NCBI GenBank assembly: GCA_037441845.1
Contig: JBBIRK010000005.1
Coordinates: 192,001 to 256,000 of the forward strand
Direction: 5' to 3'
DNA length: 64,000 nt
DNA from: Candidatus Zixiibacteriota bacterium
GTDB lineage: Bacteria; Zixibacteria; MSB-5A5; UBA10806; 4484-95
Positions 1 to 10,610 of this stretch are shown here, piece by piece. The position numbers were made by a program, and so were the translations under genes. Under the pieces are notes generated by a model. That model did no database searches, was not told the origin of the DNA, and saw only the letters and a program-made list of their open reading frames with translations. Position 1 is the stretch's first letter. Each line of letters starts with the position of its first letter.

Positions 1-202
<202 letters not shown>

Positions 203-321
203 TTAAACTCAAGTTTATCACAACGGTTTCGAGTGAGCAATTGTTTTTTGATTTTATCGGCCGCAATCAGGGATTATGAATCGATTATAGCCGATACCTC
301 AAAATCTGAATTTCGGCTGCA

Positions 322-2436
322 TCAAGCCATCTGATTGAATTTGCGGATCGCCCATTCCGCCGAGAAAAACCCGATAATGACCAGCAATACGACAAGGCTT
401 TCAATCGGTCGATATTCCTTATTCTCTTCGACCGTCCCGGTTTTCAGTTTCAGCTCGTTTCGAAATCCGGCAAAATCGTCTGCCGTATAACTTTTGCCGC
501 CGGTTATCTCGGCGATTTTTCGCATAAGCGCCGGATTGCTCGAGGGGTTTTCCTGCTCGAGGGCCGTCGATTCCACCAGAAAAGCGCCGCCTTTTGCCGT
601 AATCGTATCACCTTCATGCAAAGCCCGGGCGCTGAATTCATATTTTCCCGCCGCCGGCGGATTGAATAGACCACGGTATCGGCCGGCTTGGCGTTCAACC
701 AGAATAATTTGCCTTTTTTGATTAGAGGAATCGGTTATTCCGATTTCTATTCTGCCGTTCTGAATCGGATCATAACTTTCGTCCAAAAGTTTCGCATCAA
801 ACTCGGCCGCTTGTCCTAATTTCAATACGTTGTCATTCATCGTCACGGTAAATCTGTCCAAGTCCTCGCGTATTATCAGCCAGCGGACCAAATTCGCCCA
901 AAAACGAATTATTCCGGTCCGGTCTTTTTCAATTCGAAACTGCCTTGGCCACCAGGGGTAACCCAGAATTACGGCGGTTTTTCCCACGCCGAATTGCCCG
1001 ACGACACACAAGGGATTTTGACGAATTCCGGCCGCTTCCGCTTCAAGTATCGTCTGCGAACCGGATCTCGGTTCGACCGGAGACACTATATCGCTTAAGG
1101 GGACCGCATGTTCCCAACGATAATCCCCTACCGATGTTATCGACTTCGCCAATGATCCGGCTGAAGGGACTGGGAAAAATTCCCCGTGAGTTACCGACGC
1201 CCTCTCCGATAGGACAATCGGTAAAAGCTCGCCCCAGTTTTGCAATACGCTCCGGTTGCTTCCGATTCCAGCGATATAAAGAAATCCGCGGCCTCCTTTG
1301 ACTGCGGTTTGGATATCACTCGATTTGACGCCAAGCAAACGCGGATCGATATCGATGACGATTATTAAATCGTAATTCGACCATTGATCTCCTGTGGGAA
1401 GATTCCTCCAGAACATTCCGGTCTTGCCCTCGGATAGGGCGACGTCGATTTTGAAATGACCGTCTTCTTCAAGGGCATTTTTCAAAAACGACAGTTCCCA
1501 GTTCAGTTTGGAGGCCACGATTATAATCGAAATTTTATCTTTAAGCACCTTAAGCAGGAAATTACGACTGTTGTTTTCCGGATTTCCGTCCCCCTCGAAT
1601 TGCGTGATGGATGCCCGGATATTTTTCAGCCCCGGTTCGGAAAATACCAGTTTGATTTTCGTCGAGGCGACAGCTCCATCGGCGGGCAATTTAACTTTCG
1701 TGGAGTGCAGAAGCGAACGCCCCTCGCTTATTTCGATCCATGCGCCTTCTCCTTCATGGCCGGAACCTCCGTAAAACACCTCCAACTCGAATTCAGTGTT
1801 GGAATATGCGACGGAAGGTGCGTCTATTCTGACTATCCGAGTGTCGTTGCGACTGATAACGCCTCCTATTACCAAAGAATAGATGGGAATGTCAGTTTCG
1901 CTTGCCGCCTGCAAAGGTTCCATGCCGACGTTTGCCGCGCCATCGCTTACAATCAGCATGGCCCCAACCCTTTCTTTATCAGGAAATCCTTGCAGAAGCA
2001 TGGCGCCCGCCAAATTTGTCGCCCTTCCTGAAAAAGCCGTCGAATCAGGCCAGGCATCCAAGGGCCGAAGCGTATCCGAGAAACCCAGCACTATATTATC
2101 TCGATCAGGGAAATTTTGGGAGCGCAACAATGAATCGGCCAATTCCCAGCGTTGAATCCCGGAATCTTTAATAGTCATGCTCGATGATAAATCGAGGACA
2201 AGCGCCAGCCGATCTCCGATTTTACTGCTTTCAGTCAAGGCGAGGATCGGTTCGCAAAGCAGAACCCCGATCGAAATCATTCCCGCCGCCCGGAGTGAAA
2301 ACAGAAGTATCACCAGTAAAGAGGGATATTGTTTGGACCATTTTCCGCGATAGCTGAACCAGGCAACCGCAAGAGCGGCAATGACAATCAATAGGTAGAT
2401 CAGAACTGGATTGAAACCAAGGCTCAACGATCGCAT
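322..2436 (-). CDS. Membrane-anchored vWA-domain protein with Ig-like and glutamine-amidotransferase-like domains
   Basis: N-terminal TM helices, MIDAS-like DLSSSM..T..SDG, 'DGNPENN' Ig motif, C-terminal TM ending AEWAIRK. Confidence 0.7.
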   Translation of the reverse strand: MRSLSLGFNPVLIYLLIVIAALAVAWFSYRGKWSKQYPSLLVILLFSLRAAGMISIGVLLCEPILALTESSKIGDRLALVLDLSSSMTIKDSGIQRWELADSLLRSQNFPDRDNIVLGFSDTLRPLDAWPDSTAFSGRATNLAGAMLLQGFPDKERVGAMLIVSDGAANVGMEPLQAASETDIPIYSLVIGGVISRNDTRIVRIDAPSVAYSNTEFELEVFYGGSGHEGEGAWIEISEGRSLLHSTKVKLPADGAVASTKIKLVFSEPGLKNIRASITQFEGDGNPENNSRNFLLKVLKDKISIIIVASKLNWELSFLKNALEEDGHFKIDVALSEGKTGMFWRNLPTGDQWSNYDLIIVIDIDPRLLGVKSSDIQTAVKGGRGFLYIAGIGSNRSVLQNWGELLPIVLSERASVTHGEFFPVPSAGSLAKSITSVGDYRWEHAVPLSDIVSPVEPRSGSQTILEAEAAGIRQNPLCVVGQFGVGKTAVILGYPWWPRQFRIEKDRTGIIRFWANLVRWLIIREDLDRFTVTMNDNVLKLGQAAEFDAKLLDESYDPIQNGRIEIGITDSSNQKRQIILVERQAGRYRGLFNPPAAGKYEFSARALHEGDTITAKGGAFLVESTALEQENPSSNPALMRKIAEITGGKSYTADDFAGFRNELKLKTGTVEENKEYRPIESLVVLLVIIGFFSAEWAIRKFNQMA

Positions 2437-2606
2437 TCAATATCCTCGATTCGGCCGGTGAAGCGGCCCGACACAAATATCTTATAGCCCCGCAAATACG
2501 TAACCGTTCCTCAGCTCGGCGATGAATTTCCGGGAAATCATCGTAACCGTTCGATCCTGAATGAGGCCATGACTCATTTTTTATGGGGTATTAGCCGCCG
2601 GAACTC

Positions 2607-3578
2607 TTACATATCGCGCATCACCGCAAAATCGGCCAGCGCGCAAAGATTAGCTTGATACTCGAGCCCCGGAACAGACATTATCGATTCTTTGGCCATT
2701 CGGGAATAATCGCGGGCTATTTTGTCGGCGTAATCGATTCCGCCTTGGTCCTGGATAAACTTAACCAAATTCAGAAACTCCTCGGGGTCGAAGCCATTGG
2801 TGTGAAGTTTAATCAGTCTGTCCTTCTGCGATCGTCCGCCGTTTTGCAAAGCGTGAATCAACGGCAGCGTAACCCAGCCTTCCCGGATATCCGAACCAAG
2901 TTGTTTGCCGGTTTTGGTCGATTCACCGACGAGATCGAGTATATCATCGGTTATTTGAAAGGCAATGCCCAGATATTCGCCGAAATTCTTCATCGCCTGC
3001 AGATATCGTTTGTCGCCGTCGGCGCAGATCATGCCGGCCTCCGCCGCACAGCTCATCAAAGAGGCCGTTTTATCGGAAATCACTTTAAGATATTCATCTT
3101 CGTTGAGATCGAAATTGCCGGTATAATAAACTTGATTCAATTCGCCTTTGGCCACGCGCTCGGTGGCCCGGGAGAAACTGCTCAACAACTCCGGCACTCC
3201 CGCCTGCACCAGCAGCGAAAACGATTTGGCGAAAAGATAATCGCCCATCAATACCGAAACCAAATTGCTCCAACGGGCGTTGACCGTCTGCTGGCCTCGG
3301 CGTTTGTCCGATTGGTCGATGACATCGTCATGCAGCAACGTCGCCACATGAATCAACTCTATTGCAACTCCGGCGAGAATCACCGCTTGACTGTTAGCAT
3401 TACCGGCGGAAAGAAATAGCAATCCCGGCCTGAGTCTCTTACCGGTTTTGGCGAATAAGTGGCGCGTTATTTCATAGATGAAAACCGAATCGGTGGCAAG
3501 GGTCTTCTGAAGCAGTAATTCATAATCGTTTAACTGGGATGATATTGGGGATAGAATTTCCTCGATTTCGCATTTCAT
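2607..3578 (-). CDS. Long-chain polyprenyl diphosphate synthase (IspB/HepT type); start uncertain, ORF open to 3617
   Basis: GKRLRP, LLHDDVID..RRG (FARM), FQITDDILD (SARM), GKQLGSDIREG. Confidence 0.93.
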   Translation of the reverse strand: MKCEIEEILSPISSQLNDYELLLQKTLATDSVFIYEITRHLFAKTGKRLRPGLLFLSAGNANSQAVILAGVAIELIHVATLLHDDVIDQSDKRRGQQTVNARWSNLVSVLMGDYLFAKSFSLLVQAGVPELLSSFSRATERVAKGELNQVYYTGNFDLNEDEYLKVISDKTASLMSCAAEAGMICADGDKRYLQAMKNFGEYLGIAFQITDDILDLVGESTKTGKQLGSDIREGWVTLPLIHALQNGGRSQKDRLIKLHTNGFDPEEFLNLVKFIQDQGGIDYADKIARDYSRMAKESIMSVPGLEYQANLCALADFAVMRDM

Positions 3579-3626
3579 ATTCGATTGCAAGATATCGACC
3601 GCTATGGTTGAAGTCAACCATAAATA

Positions 3627-4382
3627 TCAGCCGACAAGAACCGCTCCACCGTTTACGTTCAATATTTCCCCGGTGATAAAAGTCGCGCCGGCCGAAGCCA
3701 AAAACAAAATCGGCCAGGCGATTTCCTCGGCGCGGGCCGCCCGTCCGAGAGGAATGAGGGACAGATACTTACCCGCATCTTTGGAGGTCAACGCTTCATG
3801 GCTCATATCGGTATCCACCCAGCCGGGAGCCACACAATTCACCAAGATGCCGTCGTTTGCCAGTTCCACCGCCAACGATTTGGTGAGCGATATCAACGCC
3901 CCTTTGGAAGCGGCATAATGGGAATGGTAGGCTTCGCCACGTTGACCGGCGGTCGAGGATACGAATATTATTTTGCCCGATTTGCGCTTTTTCATATGCG
4001 ACACTGCGGCTATGGTGGTATAAAAACAACCTTTCAAATTGCAATTAAGAGTTTTTTCCAGCTGATCCGGGGTCATCTTATCGATAGCCGCCTCTTCCCA
4101 TATTCCGGCATTATTGACCAGCACATCGATACGGCCGAACCGCCCGAGCACCTCTTCGACTAAATTTCTCGATTGATCCGGCGAGCCGACATCAGCCTTG
4201 AAAATTTCGGCGGCGCTTCCCGCAGCCCTTATCTTTTCAGCCACATTTTCGGCCGCCAAGCGATTTTGGTTAAAGTTGACCGCCACCGTGGCGCCGGCCC
4301 GACCGAATAAGATCGCCGCGGCGGCTCCTATTCCTCTCGATGCCCCGGTGATCAGCACCACCGTATCCCGGAAATCATACAT
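3627..4382 (-). CDS. Short-chain dehydrogenase/reductase, FabG-like
   Basis: TGASRGIG, NNAG, YAASK, VAPGWVDTDM. Confidence 0.9.
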   Translation of the reverse strand: MYDFRDTVVLITGASRGIGAAAAILFGRAGATVAVNFNQNRLAAENVAEKIRAAGSAAEIFKADVGSPDQSRNLVEEVLGRFGRIDVLVNNAGIWEEAAIDKMTPDQLEKTLNCNLKGCFYTTIAAVSHMKKRKSGKIIFVSSTAGQRGEAYHSHYAASKGALISLTKSLAVELANDGILVNCVAPGWVDTDMSHEALTSKDAGKYLSLIPLGRAARAEEIAWPILFLASAGATFITGEILNVNGGAVLVG

Positions 4383-4486
4383 ATGGGCTCCTCATGAATC
4401 GGATTTCTTTATCGAGTCGTTTCGAATCGGCCGCTTCCCGATATACTCTCTAAAACACGGCCTTGCTCATAAAAACCGGGGTAACA

Positions 4487-4512
4487 GGGAGGCGCATTGG
4501 AGTGCGCCTCCC
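4487..4512 (-). terminator. Hairpin after icd (probable terminator)
   Basis: GGGAGGCGCA-N6-TGCGCCTCCC perfect 10-bp stem just after the icd stop; weak U tract. Confidence 0.6.
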
Positions 4513-4519
4513 AGCACGA

Positions 4520-5761
4520 TCAAAGGTTTTCGATAATATGTGTGGCGAATTGCGATGTCGATACCTTGGTTGCGCCCGGCATCAGCCGTTCGAGGTCGTA
4601 GGTAACCGTTTTCTGCATGATCGTTTTTTCGAGAGAGTCCTCGATCGCTTTTGCCGCTTCTTTCCAGCCGAGGTATTCGAGCATCATGACCGCGGACAAA
4701 ATAAGGGAACCGGGGTTGACCATATCCTTGTCGGCGTATTTCGGAGCGGTGCCGTGAGTGGCTTCGAACAGAGCCACGAAATCACCGATATTCGCACCGG
4801 GGGCCATTCCCAGGCCTCCGACTTGCGCCGCGCAGGCATCCGAAAGATAATCGCCGTTCAGATTGGGCGTGGCCAGCACATCGTACTCGTCGGGCCGCAA
4901 TAAAATTTGTTGGAACATCGAGTCGGCGATTCTGTCTTTGATTATGACTTTCCCTTCCGGAGCCTGTCCGCCGTGCTTTTCAAAGACCTCCGCTTCGGTG
5001 ATCGTTTGATCCGGAAATTCTTTGGCGGCGAGCTTGTATCCCCAATCGCGGAACGCCCCCTCGGTATATTTCATGATGTTGCCCTTGTGGACAAGAGTCA
5101 CCGAACGACGGTTATTGGCGATAGCGTAGTTTATCGCTTTCCGGACAAGCCGGCTCGTGCCGGTCATAGAAATCGGTTTCACGCCGATACCGGAGTCACT
5201 GCGCAACTTCACCTTCATCTTGGTTGTCAAGAAGGTGATGATCTTTTTGGCCTCGGCGCTCCCTTTGGGCCATTCGATCCCGGCATAAACGTCCTCCGTG
5301 TTCTCGCGGAAAATGACTACGTTGAGTTTTTCCGGATTTTTCACCGGCGAGGGGACACCGCTGAAATAGCGGACCGGCCTAACGCAGGCATAGAGGTTGA
5401 GAACCTGTCTTAAGGTAACGTTCAACGATCTGAATCCGCCGCCGACCGGCGTGGTAAGCGGTCCTTTGAGAGCGACCACGAATTCTTTGATCGCCTTCAG
5501 CGTATCCGGGGGCAGGATATCGCCATAGATGGCAAGCGCCTTTTCGCCGGCGTGAACGTCGAACCAGGCGATCCGTTTCTTGCCCGAATAGTATTTTTCG
5601 ACTGCAGCATCGACCACCCTTCGAGTGGCCTTCATGATATCTCTGCCGATTCCGTCTCCCTCGATAACGGGAATGATTGGATCATCCGGCACGATCATCT
5701 TTTCTTTGACTACCTTAATAGGTGTGCCGGGCGGGACTACCACTTTCTTGTACTTTGCCAT
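4520..5761 (-). CDS. icd: NADP-dependent isocitrate dehydrogenase
   Basis: [52 protein letters not shown]. Confidence 0.97.
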   Translation of the reverse strand: MAKYKKVVVPPGTPIKVVKEKMIVPDDPIIPVIEGDGIGRDIMKATRRVVDAAVEKYYSGKKRIAWFDVHAGEKALAIYGDILPPDTLKAIKEFVVALKGPLTTPVGGGFRSLNVTLRQVLNLYACVRPVRYFSGVPSPVKNPEKLNVVIFRENTEDVYAGIEWPKGSAEAKKIITFLTTKMKVKLRSDSGIGVKPISMTGTSRLVRKAINYAIANNRRSVTLVHKGNIMKYTEGAFRDWGYKLAAKEFPDQTITEAEVFEKHGGQAPEGKVIIKDRIADSMFQQILLRPDEYDVLATPNLNGDYLSDACAAQVGGLGMAPGANIGDFVALFEATHGTAPKYADKDMVNPGSLILSAVMMLEYLGWKEAAKAIEDSLEKTIMQKTVTYDLERLMPGATKVSTSQFATHIIENL

Positions 5762-5775
5762 GATTACTCCACTAT

Positions 5776-6423
5776 TTAACCTTTTATCAGCTTGATATCC
5801 CCGATCAGCGTCCGGGCGGTGATAGACAATTTTGAGTTAGCCTGCGGAAAGTCGTCATCGATATGTCGCAAGCGTGGAAAGAAACCATCGACTACTTTGC
5901 CCGCACAGGCGACCGATCCCGCCAAGCAACTTAACTCGACCGAGACCGGGCAATCGGCGGGTATCAGGAAATCTATGTCCCCGATCAACACCGAGGCGAT
6001 AATTCGCTGTTCGCCCGGATTCATTCTCGAATTGCGCAAATCGATCACGATATCGCCTACCAAAAGCGACTTATCGAGCGGGCCAGAAAAATTCTCCAAT
6101 CCGGCGACCCGAATATCGCCGAACGCCCCCAAAAATACCGAGTCGGTATTTATCGATTGGTCGTCGGAAAAAACCGATTGATCGGTCGGGCCCGATTTTA
6201 TTGCCCTGCCGGGCGAAAAAATTATCCAAACGCCGATCAACACCAGAATCAACGGCCAAAAAGTGCGGAACAATATGCCTAAACTAATATCGATAAGAGC
6301 CAGCGAATCGAGCAACAGCAGGACCCCGATCAGAACGATTATCGATCCGCCGATTAGATCGCGTTTCATCCGACCGATTCCGGTTTCGAAATCCGCATAT
6401 CTTTCAAGCCGTATTCCTGTCAT
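5776..6423 (-). CDS. LiaF/LiaI-like membrane protein (cell-envelope stress family)
   Basis: Two TM helices with [10 protein letters not shown] motif, then a beta-repeat domain ([24 protein letters not shown]). Confidence 0.65.
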   Translation of the reverse strand: MTGIRLERYADFETGIGRMKRDLIGGSIIVLIGVLLLLDSLALIDISLGILFRTFWPLILVLIGVWIIFSPGRAIKSGPTDQSVFSDDQSINTDSVFLGAFGDIRVAGLENFSGPLDKSLLVGDIVIDLRNSRMNPGEQRIIASVLIGDIDFLIPADCPVSVELSCLAGSVACAGKVVDGFFPRLRHIDDDFPQANSKLSITARTLIGDIKLIKG

Positions 6424-6447
6424 GAGAATCGACTCGGGGGATCACAC

Positions 6448-7374
6448 TCAATAACCGAGCACTTTCAACATGTCTTTGTAGACGGCGCCGGATTTCTGCA
6501 ACGCACCCAGATCGTCTTTGGACAGCTTTAGTTCGATCACCTTCTCGATCCCGTTGGCGCCCATGATCACGGGCACGCCGATATACATGTCATTTAGACC
6601 ATACTGGCCGTTGACATAGGCGGATGCCGGCACCAGTCGTTTCCTATCGGTCAATACGGCATCGACCATGTCCACCGTAGCTGCGGCCGGAGCATAAAAC
6701 GCCGAACCGGTTTTGAGTAATTTGACGATTTCCCCTCCGCCGTCGCGAGTCCGATCGGATATCGCCTTGATCCTGTCAGGCGGAATCAGTTCGGTGATCG
6801 GGATTCCGGCGACCGTGGTATAAGACGGCAGAGGAACCATCGTATCCCCGTGGCCGCCCAAAACCATAGCCTGCACGTCAGTCGGGGAAACGCCGAGTTC
6901 CCAACCGACGAATGTTCTGAATCTTATCGAATCGAGAATTCCCGCCTGGCCGAAAACTCTATTATGAGAAAAGCCGGTCTTTTTCCAAGCATGGAATGTC
7001 ATGATATCAAGCGGATTGGTTACGATAAGCACGAATGCCTTGGGCGCGTATTTTTTTATATTCTCGGCTACCGGCCCCACGATTTCCGCGTTTTTGTTGA
7101 TCAGATCCTCACGGGTCATGCCCGGTTTGCGGGGAAATCCGGCGGTCACCACCACCATATCCGAATCGGCCATGGCGCTCATGTCGTCGGTCCCCTCGAT
7201 TTTAAGGTCATAGTTCAAAAGGGGGCCTGCCTGGGACAGATCGAGCGCTTTACCTTTCGGCATATCGGGGACCACGTCGATCAGCACTATATCGCATATG
7301 TTCCGCTGAGCCAGATACATCGCCGTCGATGCCCCTACATTACCGGCACCGACAATACTTACTTTCTTTCTCAT
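6448..7374 (-). CDS. mdh: Malate dehydrogenase (LDH-like)
   Basis: GAGNVG, AGFPRKPGMTREDL, VTNPLD, LDSIRF, GGHGDTMVP; AAGGAG RBS. Confidence 0.97.
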   Translation of the reverse strand: MRKKVSIVGAGNVGASTAMYLAQRNICDIVLIDVVPDMPKGKALDLSQAGPLLNYDLKIEGTDDMSAMADSDMVVVTAGFPRKPGMTREDLINKNAEIVGPVAENIKKYAPKAFVLIVTNPLDIMTFHAWKKTGFSHNRVFGQAGILDSIRFRTFVGWELGVSPTDVQAMVLGGHGDTMVPLPSYTTVAGIPITELIPPDRIKAISDRTRDGGGEIVKLLKTGSAFYAPAAATVDMVDAVLTDRKRLVPASAYVNGQYGLNDMYIGVPVIMGANGIEKVIELKLSKDDLGALQKSGAVYKDMLKVLGY

Positions 7375-7512
7375 TCCAATCTCCTTCTTTACGAACATTC
7401 ACCCACGAGCTATTTGTATTTTCTTTTTTTGATCAGTACTTATGAGCGCATAAAATTTCCGTATCCACGCGGCCGGATCAGTGATTCAATCCATTTCTTA
7501 ACACAATCCGAT

Positions 7513-8739
7513 TTAACCGCTTGCGACCATGGGCACGGAATACCCGGCATCCTCCACGACGGCAACCTCGGCGTCTTGCCCCACGATTTCGTAAGCCTGG
7601 GCAAGGGCGACCGCCAAGTCGTTATATGGCTCAAAATATACCTTCGCAGGAATAGACCAGTCAAGCTCGGTGACATAAAAAATGCGGAAGTGTCTTAATT
7701 GTCTTGCGGTTTTGATCAATTTATGCATCCCGAAAGAATCGTCATTGATTCCTTTTTCGAGAGCGGCTTCCGGAGTCGGGTATTTTTCGGCCAGCTTGAT
7801 AAAGTATTCCGAACCGACGCCGCCGAGACATGCCCCCATTACGATCAGAACCCCGCCATCCTCCGTAATCAAACCGCCATTATCTTGAGCTTTCTGCAAT
7901 TGATACAAATTCTCATCGAGCGGAGCTTCGCAACAGGCGATCACGATCTTATATTTGCGCGGAACCTTTATAGTGTACAATTTTTCCGCCTTCGTGCATG
8001 CCTGTTTGAAAGCGGTTCTGAGCTCACCGGCGTATAAATCCACAATTTCGCCGTTGCGATCGGTGATGCATTGAATCCCATATATCTCACGGATTTTAAG
8101 CAGGTCGATCGCCTCTTCGAGATCATTGTGGAGCGGGTTATCTTCAAGCCTCAGGACGGCGGCCCGAGGATTTTTGGCAAGGCGATGGTTTGCCATTATG
8201 GTTGCGATTGATGCAAGTCCCGGGATTATGGATTTGCGGCCTCCGGTGAATCCCGCGAAAAAGTGGGGCTCGACCGAGTTCACAGCCAAAATCAAATCCG
8301 ATTCCATTACAGCCCGATTTATCATAACCGGCGTTTTCCTCGATGTCGTACCGATATCAACAATCGCAGAATCATCGAAGCCGTTATGGACGAGTATTCG
8401 ATCTTCAAGTTCGGTGAATGCCGCCCCGAAAATTTTCATCAGTCCGGCCCTATCGGGCGGTTTATGACTTCCGGTGGCCACCGCGAATCGAGCCTCAGGA
8501 AATTTCGTCCGCAAAAACGGCAGGAAAGAGTTCAGAGGCGTACGGCGGAATGTATCATTGACGATAACAAGGGTTTTTGCCGAAGAATAATTTTTGGAGA
8601 TATCGGACAGCGCACTTTCCAAACGCCGATTGATTTCCGAATCGGCAAGGGCGGCGGGAAACGAGCATCGAAATCTGCCACCAAGTTTCGCGATATTCGC
8701 CGATTGCAGCCGCCCCCCGTATGGCAATAAAATTTCCAT
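7513..8739 (-). CDS. larA: Nickel-pincer-dependent lactate/hydroxyacid racemase (LarA family)
   Basis: NDTFRRTP, ATGSH, EPHFFAGFTGGRKSIIPG, TIMANH, NLYQLQK match LarA active-site segments. Confidence 0.85.
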   Translation of the reverse strand: MEILLPYGGRLQSANIAKLGGRFRCSFPAALADSEINRRLESALSDISKNYSSAKTLVIVNDTFRRTPLNSFLPFLRTKFPEARFAVATGSHKPPDRAGLMKIFGAAFTELEDRILVHNGFDDSAIVDIGTTSRKTPVMINRAVMESDLILAVNSVEPHFFAGFTGGRKSIIPGLASIATIMANHRLAKNPRAAVLRLEDNPLHNDLEEAIDLLKIREIYGIQCITDRNGEIVDLYAGELRTAFKQACTKAEKLYTIKVPRKYKIVIACCEAPLDENLYQLQKAQDNGGLITEDGGVLIVMGACLGGVGSEYFIKLAEKYPTPEAALEKGINDDSFGMHKLIKTARQLRHFRIFYVTELDWSIPAKVYFEPYNDLAVALAQAYEIVGQDAEVAVVEDAGYSVPMVASG

Positions 8740-9140
8740 CAGCCGAAAAAGAAGCTGATTTCGATTTCGGCGTTTTGCGGGGAATCGGAAGCGTGCACCG
8801 AATTTTTGGTCAAGCTGACTCCGAGGTCGTGCCTTATCGTGCCGGGGAATGCCTTGGCGGGATCGGTGGCTCCGATCAGTTGACGGACTTTTTCGTATGT
8901 CTCACCTTCGGACTTGATCACCATGGGCACGATCGGCCCCGATGACATATAGCGGCATAATTCATCGAGAAACGGCTTCCCCTCGTGAACCGCGTAGAAT
9001 CTGCGGGCTTCGGCATAATCGAGTTTGACCATTTTTATGGCGGCGATTATTAATCTCGCCTTTTCCAAACGGGATATGATTTCACCGATAAGATTCCGCT
9101 CGACCGCATCGGGTTTGATAATCAGCAGCGTTCTTCCCAT
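8739..9140 (-). CDS. ndk: Nucleoside diphosphate kinase
   Basis: RTLLIIKPDAV, FYAVHEGKPF, GATDP..PGTIR, NSVHASDS. Confidence 0.97.
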   Translation of the reverse strand: MGRTLLIIKPDAVERNLIGEIISRLEKARLIIAAIKMVKLDYAEARRFYAVHEGKPFLDELCRYMSSGPIVPMVIKSEGETYEKVRQLIGATDPAKAFPGTIRHDLGVSLTKNSVHASDSPQNAEIEISFFFG

Positions 9141-9712
9141 TATGCTTCCGCTTTTTTCATGGCTTCTTTCGCCATCTCGAAACCTATTGCGCAAGCCCGC
9201 TCATTCACTTTTTCGGTCCCTTTGGGCACGCGGGCAAGCACCGATTTCACGAACGATTCATTTCGGCAAATTCCGGAAACCACTACACAAGCGGCGGTGG
9301 AGATCACGTTGGTGACTATAGTCGTCCCCAGTTTTTCTTTCGCGGTATGGGTGAAAGGCAGAGCATAGAGCCTTTTCACGGGCGGCGGCTGCCTGACTAT
9401 ATCGGAATCGATGACCAGGATACCGTCCGCCTTCAGCGCATCCACATATTTGTCGCAGGCATCCTGGGTCAATGCGAGCAGAAGGTCAAGTTTCGATGGC
9501 TTGGGAAAATAGATCTCGCCGCTGGAAACGACCAAATCCGAGCGCGATGACCCTCCCCTTGCCTCGGGACCGTAACTTTGGGTTTGGGTTACGTTTTTCC
9601 CCTCATATATGCCGATAGCTTCGGCAAGCATCACCCCTGCCAGAACCAACCCCTGTCCACCCGAACCGGATAATCTTATTTCATATCTATCATCATTATC
9701 GGATTTCGCCAT
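9140..9712 (-). CDS. korC: 2-oxoglutarate:ferredoxin oxidoreductase gamma subunit
   Basis: GSGGQG, QSYGPEARGG; operon context. Confidence 0.9.
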   Translation of the reverse strand: MAKSDNDDRYEIRLSGSGGQGLVLAGVMLAEAIGIYEGKNVTQTQSYGPEARGGSSRSDLVVSSGEIYFPKPSKLDLLLALTQDACDKYVDALKADGILVIDSDIVRQPPPVKRLYALPFTHTAKEKLGTTIVTNVISTAACVVVSGICRNESFVKSVLARVPKGTEKVNERACAIGFEMAKEAMKKAEA

Positions 9713-9725
9713 AAATCACCAGCTT

Positions 9726-10610
9726 TTATTCTTCCTGGGGTTTCGCTTTGGCCCCATTGTCATCCACTTCCGCATTTATTCCGGGCATCCTGACCTTTTC
9801 AATTATTTTCTGATAGGATTCGATGTACTCCGGACGTTGAATATCGTGAAGCACGCCGATCGTAAATTTGCCTTCAAGCTGCTCCGGCGGCAATTTGGCG
9901 GCCGTTGAGACGGGGATAGCCTGATCTTTCTGGGCCTGAATCATGCGCACCGCCGTGCCCTCTTTGTTCAAACGTCCATATTGTGTATGGCAGTTCGACA
10001 TCGCCTCCACGACCGAGAATCCTTTTTTTTGCAGCGCTTTTTCTATCAGGCTCGAAAGTTGGGTGGCGTGATATACGGTGCTGCGGGCAACGAATGTGGC
10101 GCCCGAACTGATGGCCAGACGACAGGTGTCGAACGGCTGTTCGAGAGTCAGATAAGGAGCCGTCGATGCCTTTTTGTTCAGCGGCGTGGTGGGGGAATAC
10201 TGCCCGCCGGTCATTCCGTAGATATAGTTATTGACCACGATAACGGTCATTTCGATATTGCGCCGGCAAGCATGGATGAAGTGATTGCCTCCTATAGCAA
10301 GGATATCACCGTCGCCCGAGATCACCACCACTTTAAGCTTCGGATTGGCGAGTTTCACTCCGGTGGCGAACGCAATCGGCCTGCCGTGGGTGGTATGAAG
10401 CGTGTTGAAATCGACGTATGCGGGGATACGCGCCGTGCAGCCGATTCCCGAGACAAGCGCGATATTATCCTTGCCGATTTCCAGCTTGTCAACCGCCCTT
10501 ATGAATGCTCCCAATACGATCCCGATGCCGCAGCCGGGGCACCACACGTTCGGGAAATCCATATTGGGCCTGAGATATTTATGTGCGATATCCGATCTTT
10601 GAGCCATCAA
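9726..10610 (-). CDS. korB: 2-oxoglutarate:ferredoxin oxidoreductase beta subunit
   Basis: WCPGCG, SGIGC, HGR, GDGD TPP motif, YGMTGGQYSPT. Confidence 0.92.
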   Translation of the reverse strand: MMAQRSDIAHKYLRPNMDFPNVWCPGCGIGIVLGAFIRAVDKLEIGKDNIALVSGIGCTARIPAYVDFNTLHTTHGRPIAFATGVKLANPKLKVVVISGDGDILAIGGNHFIHACRRNIEMTVIVVNNYIYGMTGGQYSPTTPLNKKASTAPYLTLEQPFDTCRLAISSGATFVARSTVYHATQLSSLIEKALQKKGFSVVEAMSNCHTQYGRLNKEGTAVRMIQAQKDQAIPVSTAAKLPPEQLEGKFTIGVLHDIQRPEYIESYQKIIEKVRMPGINAEVDDNGAKAKPQEE

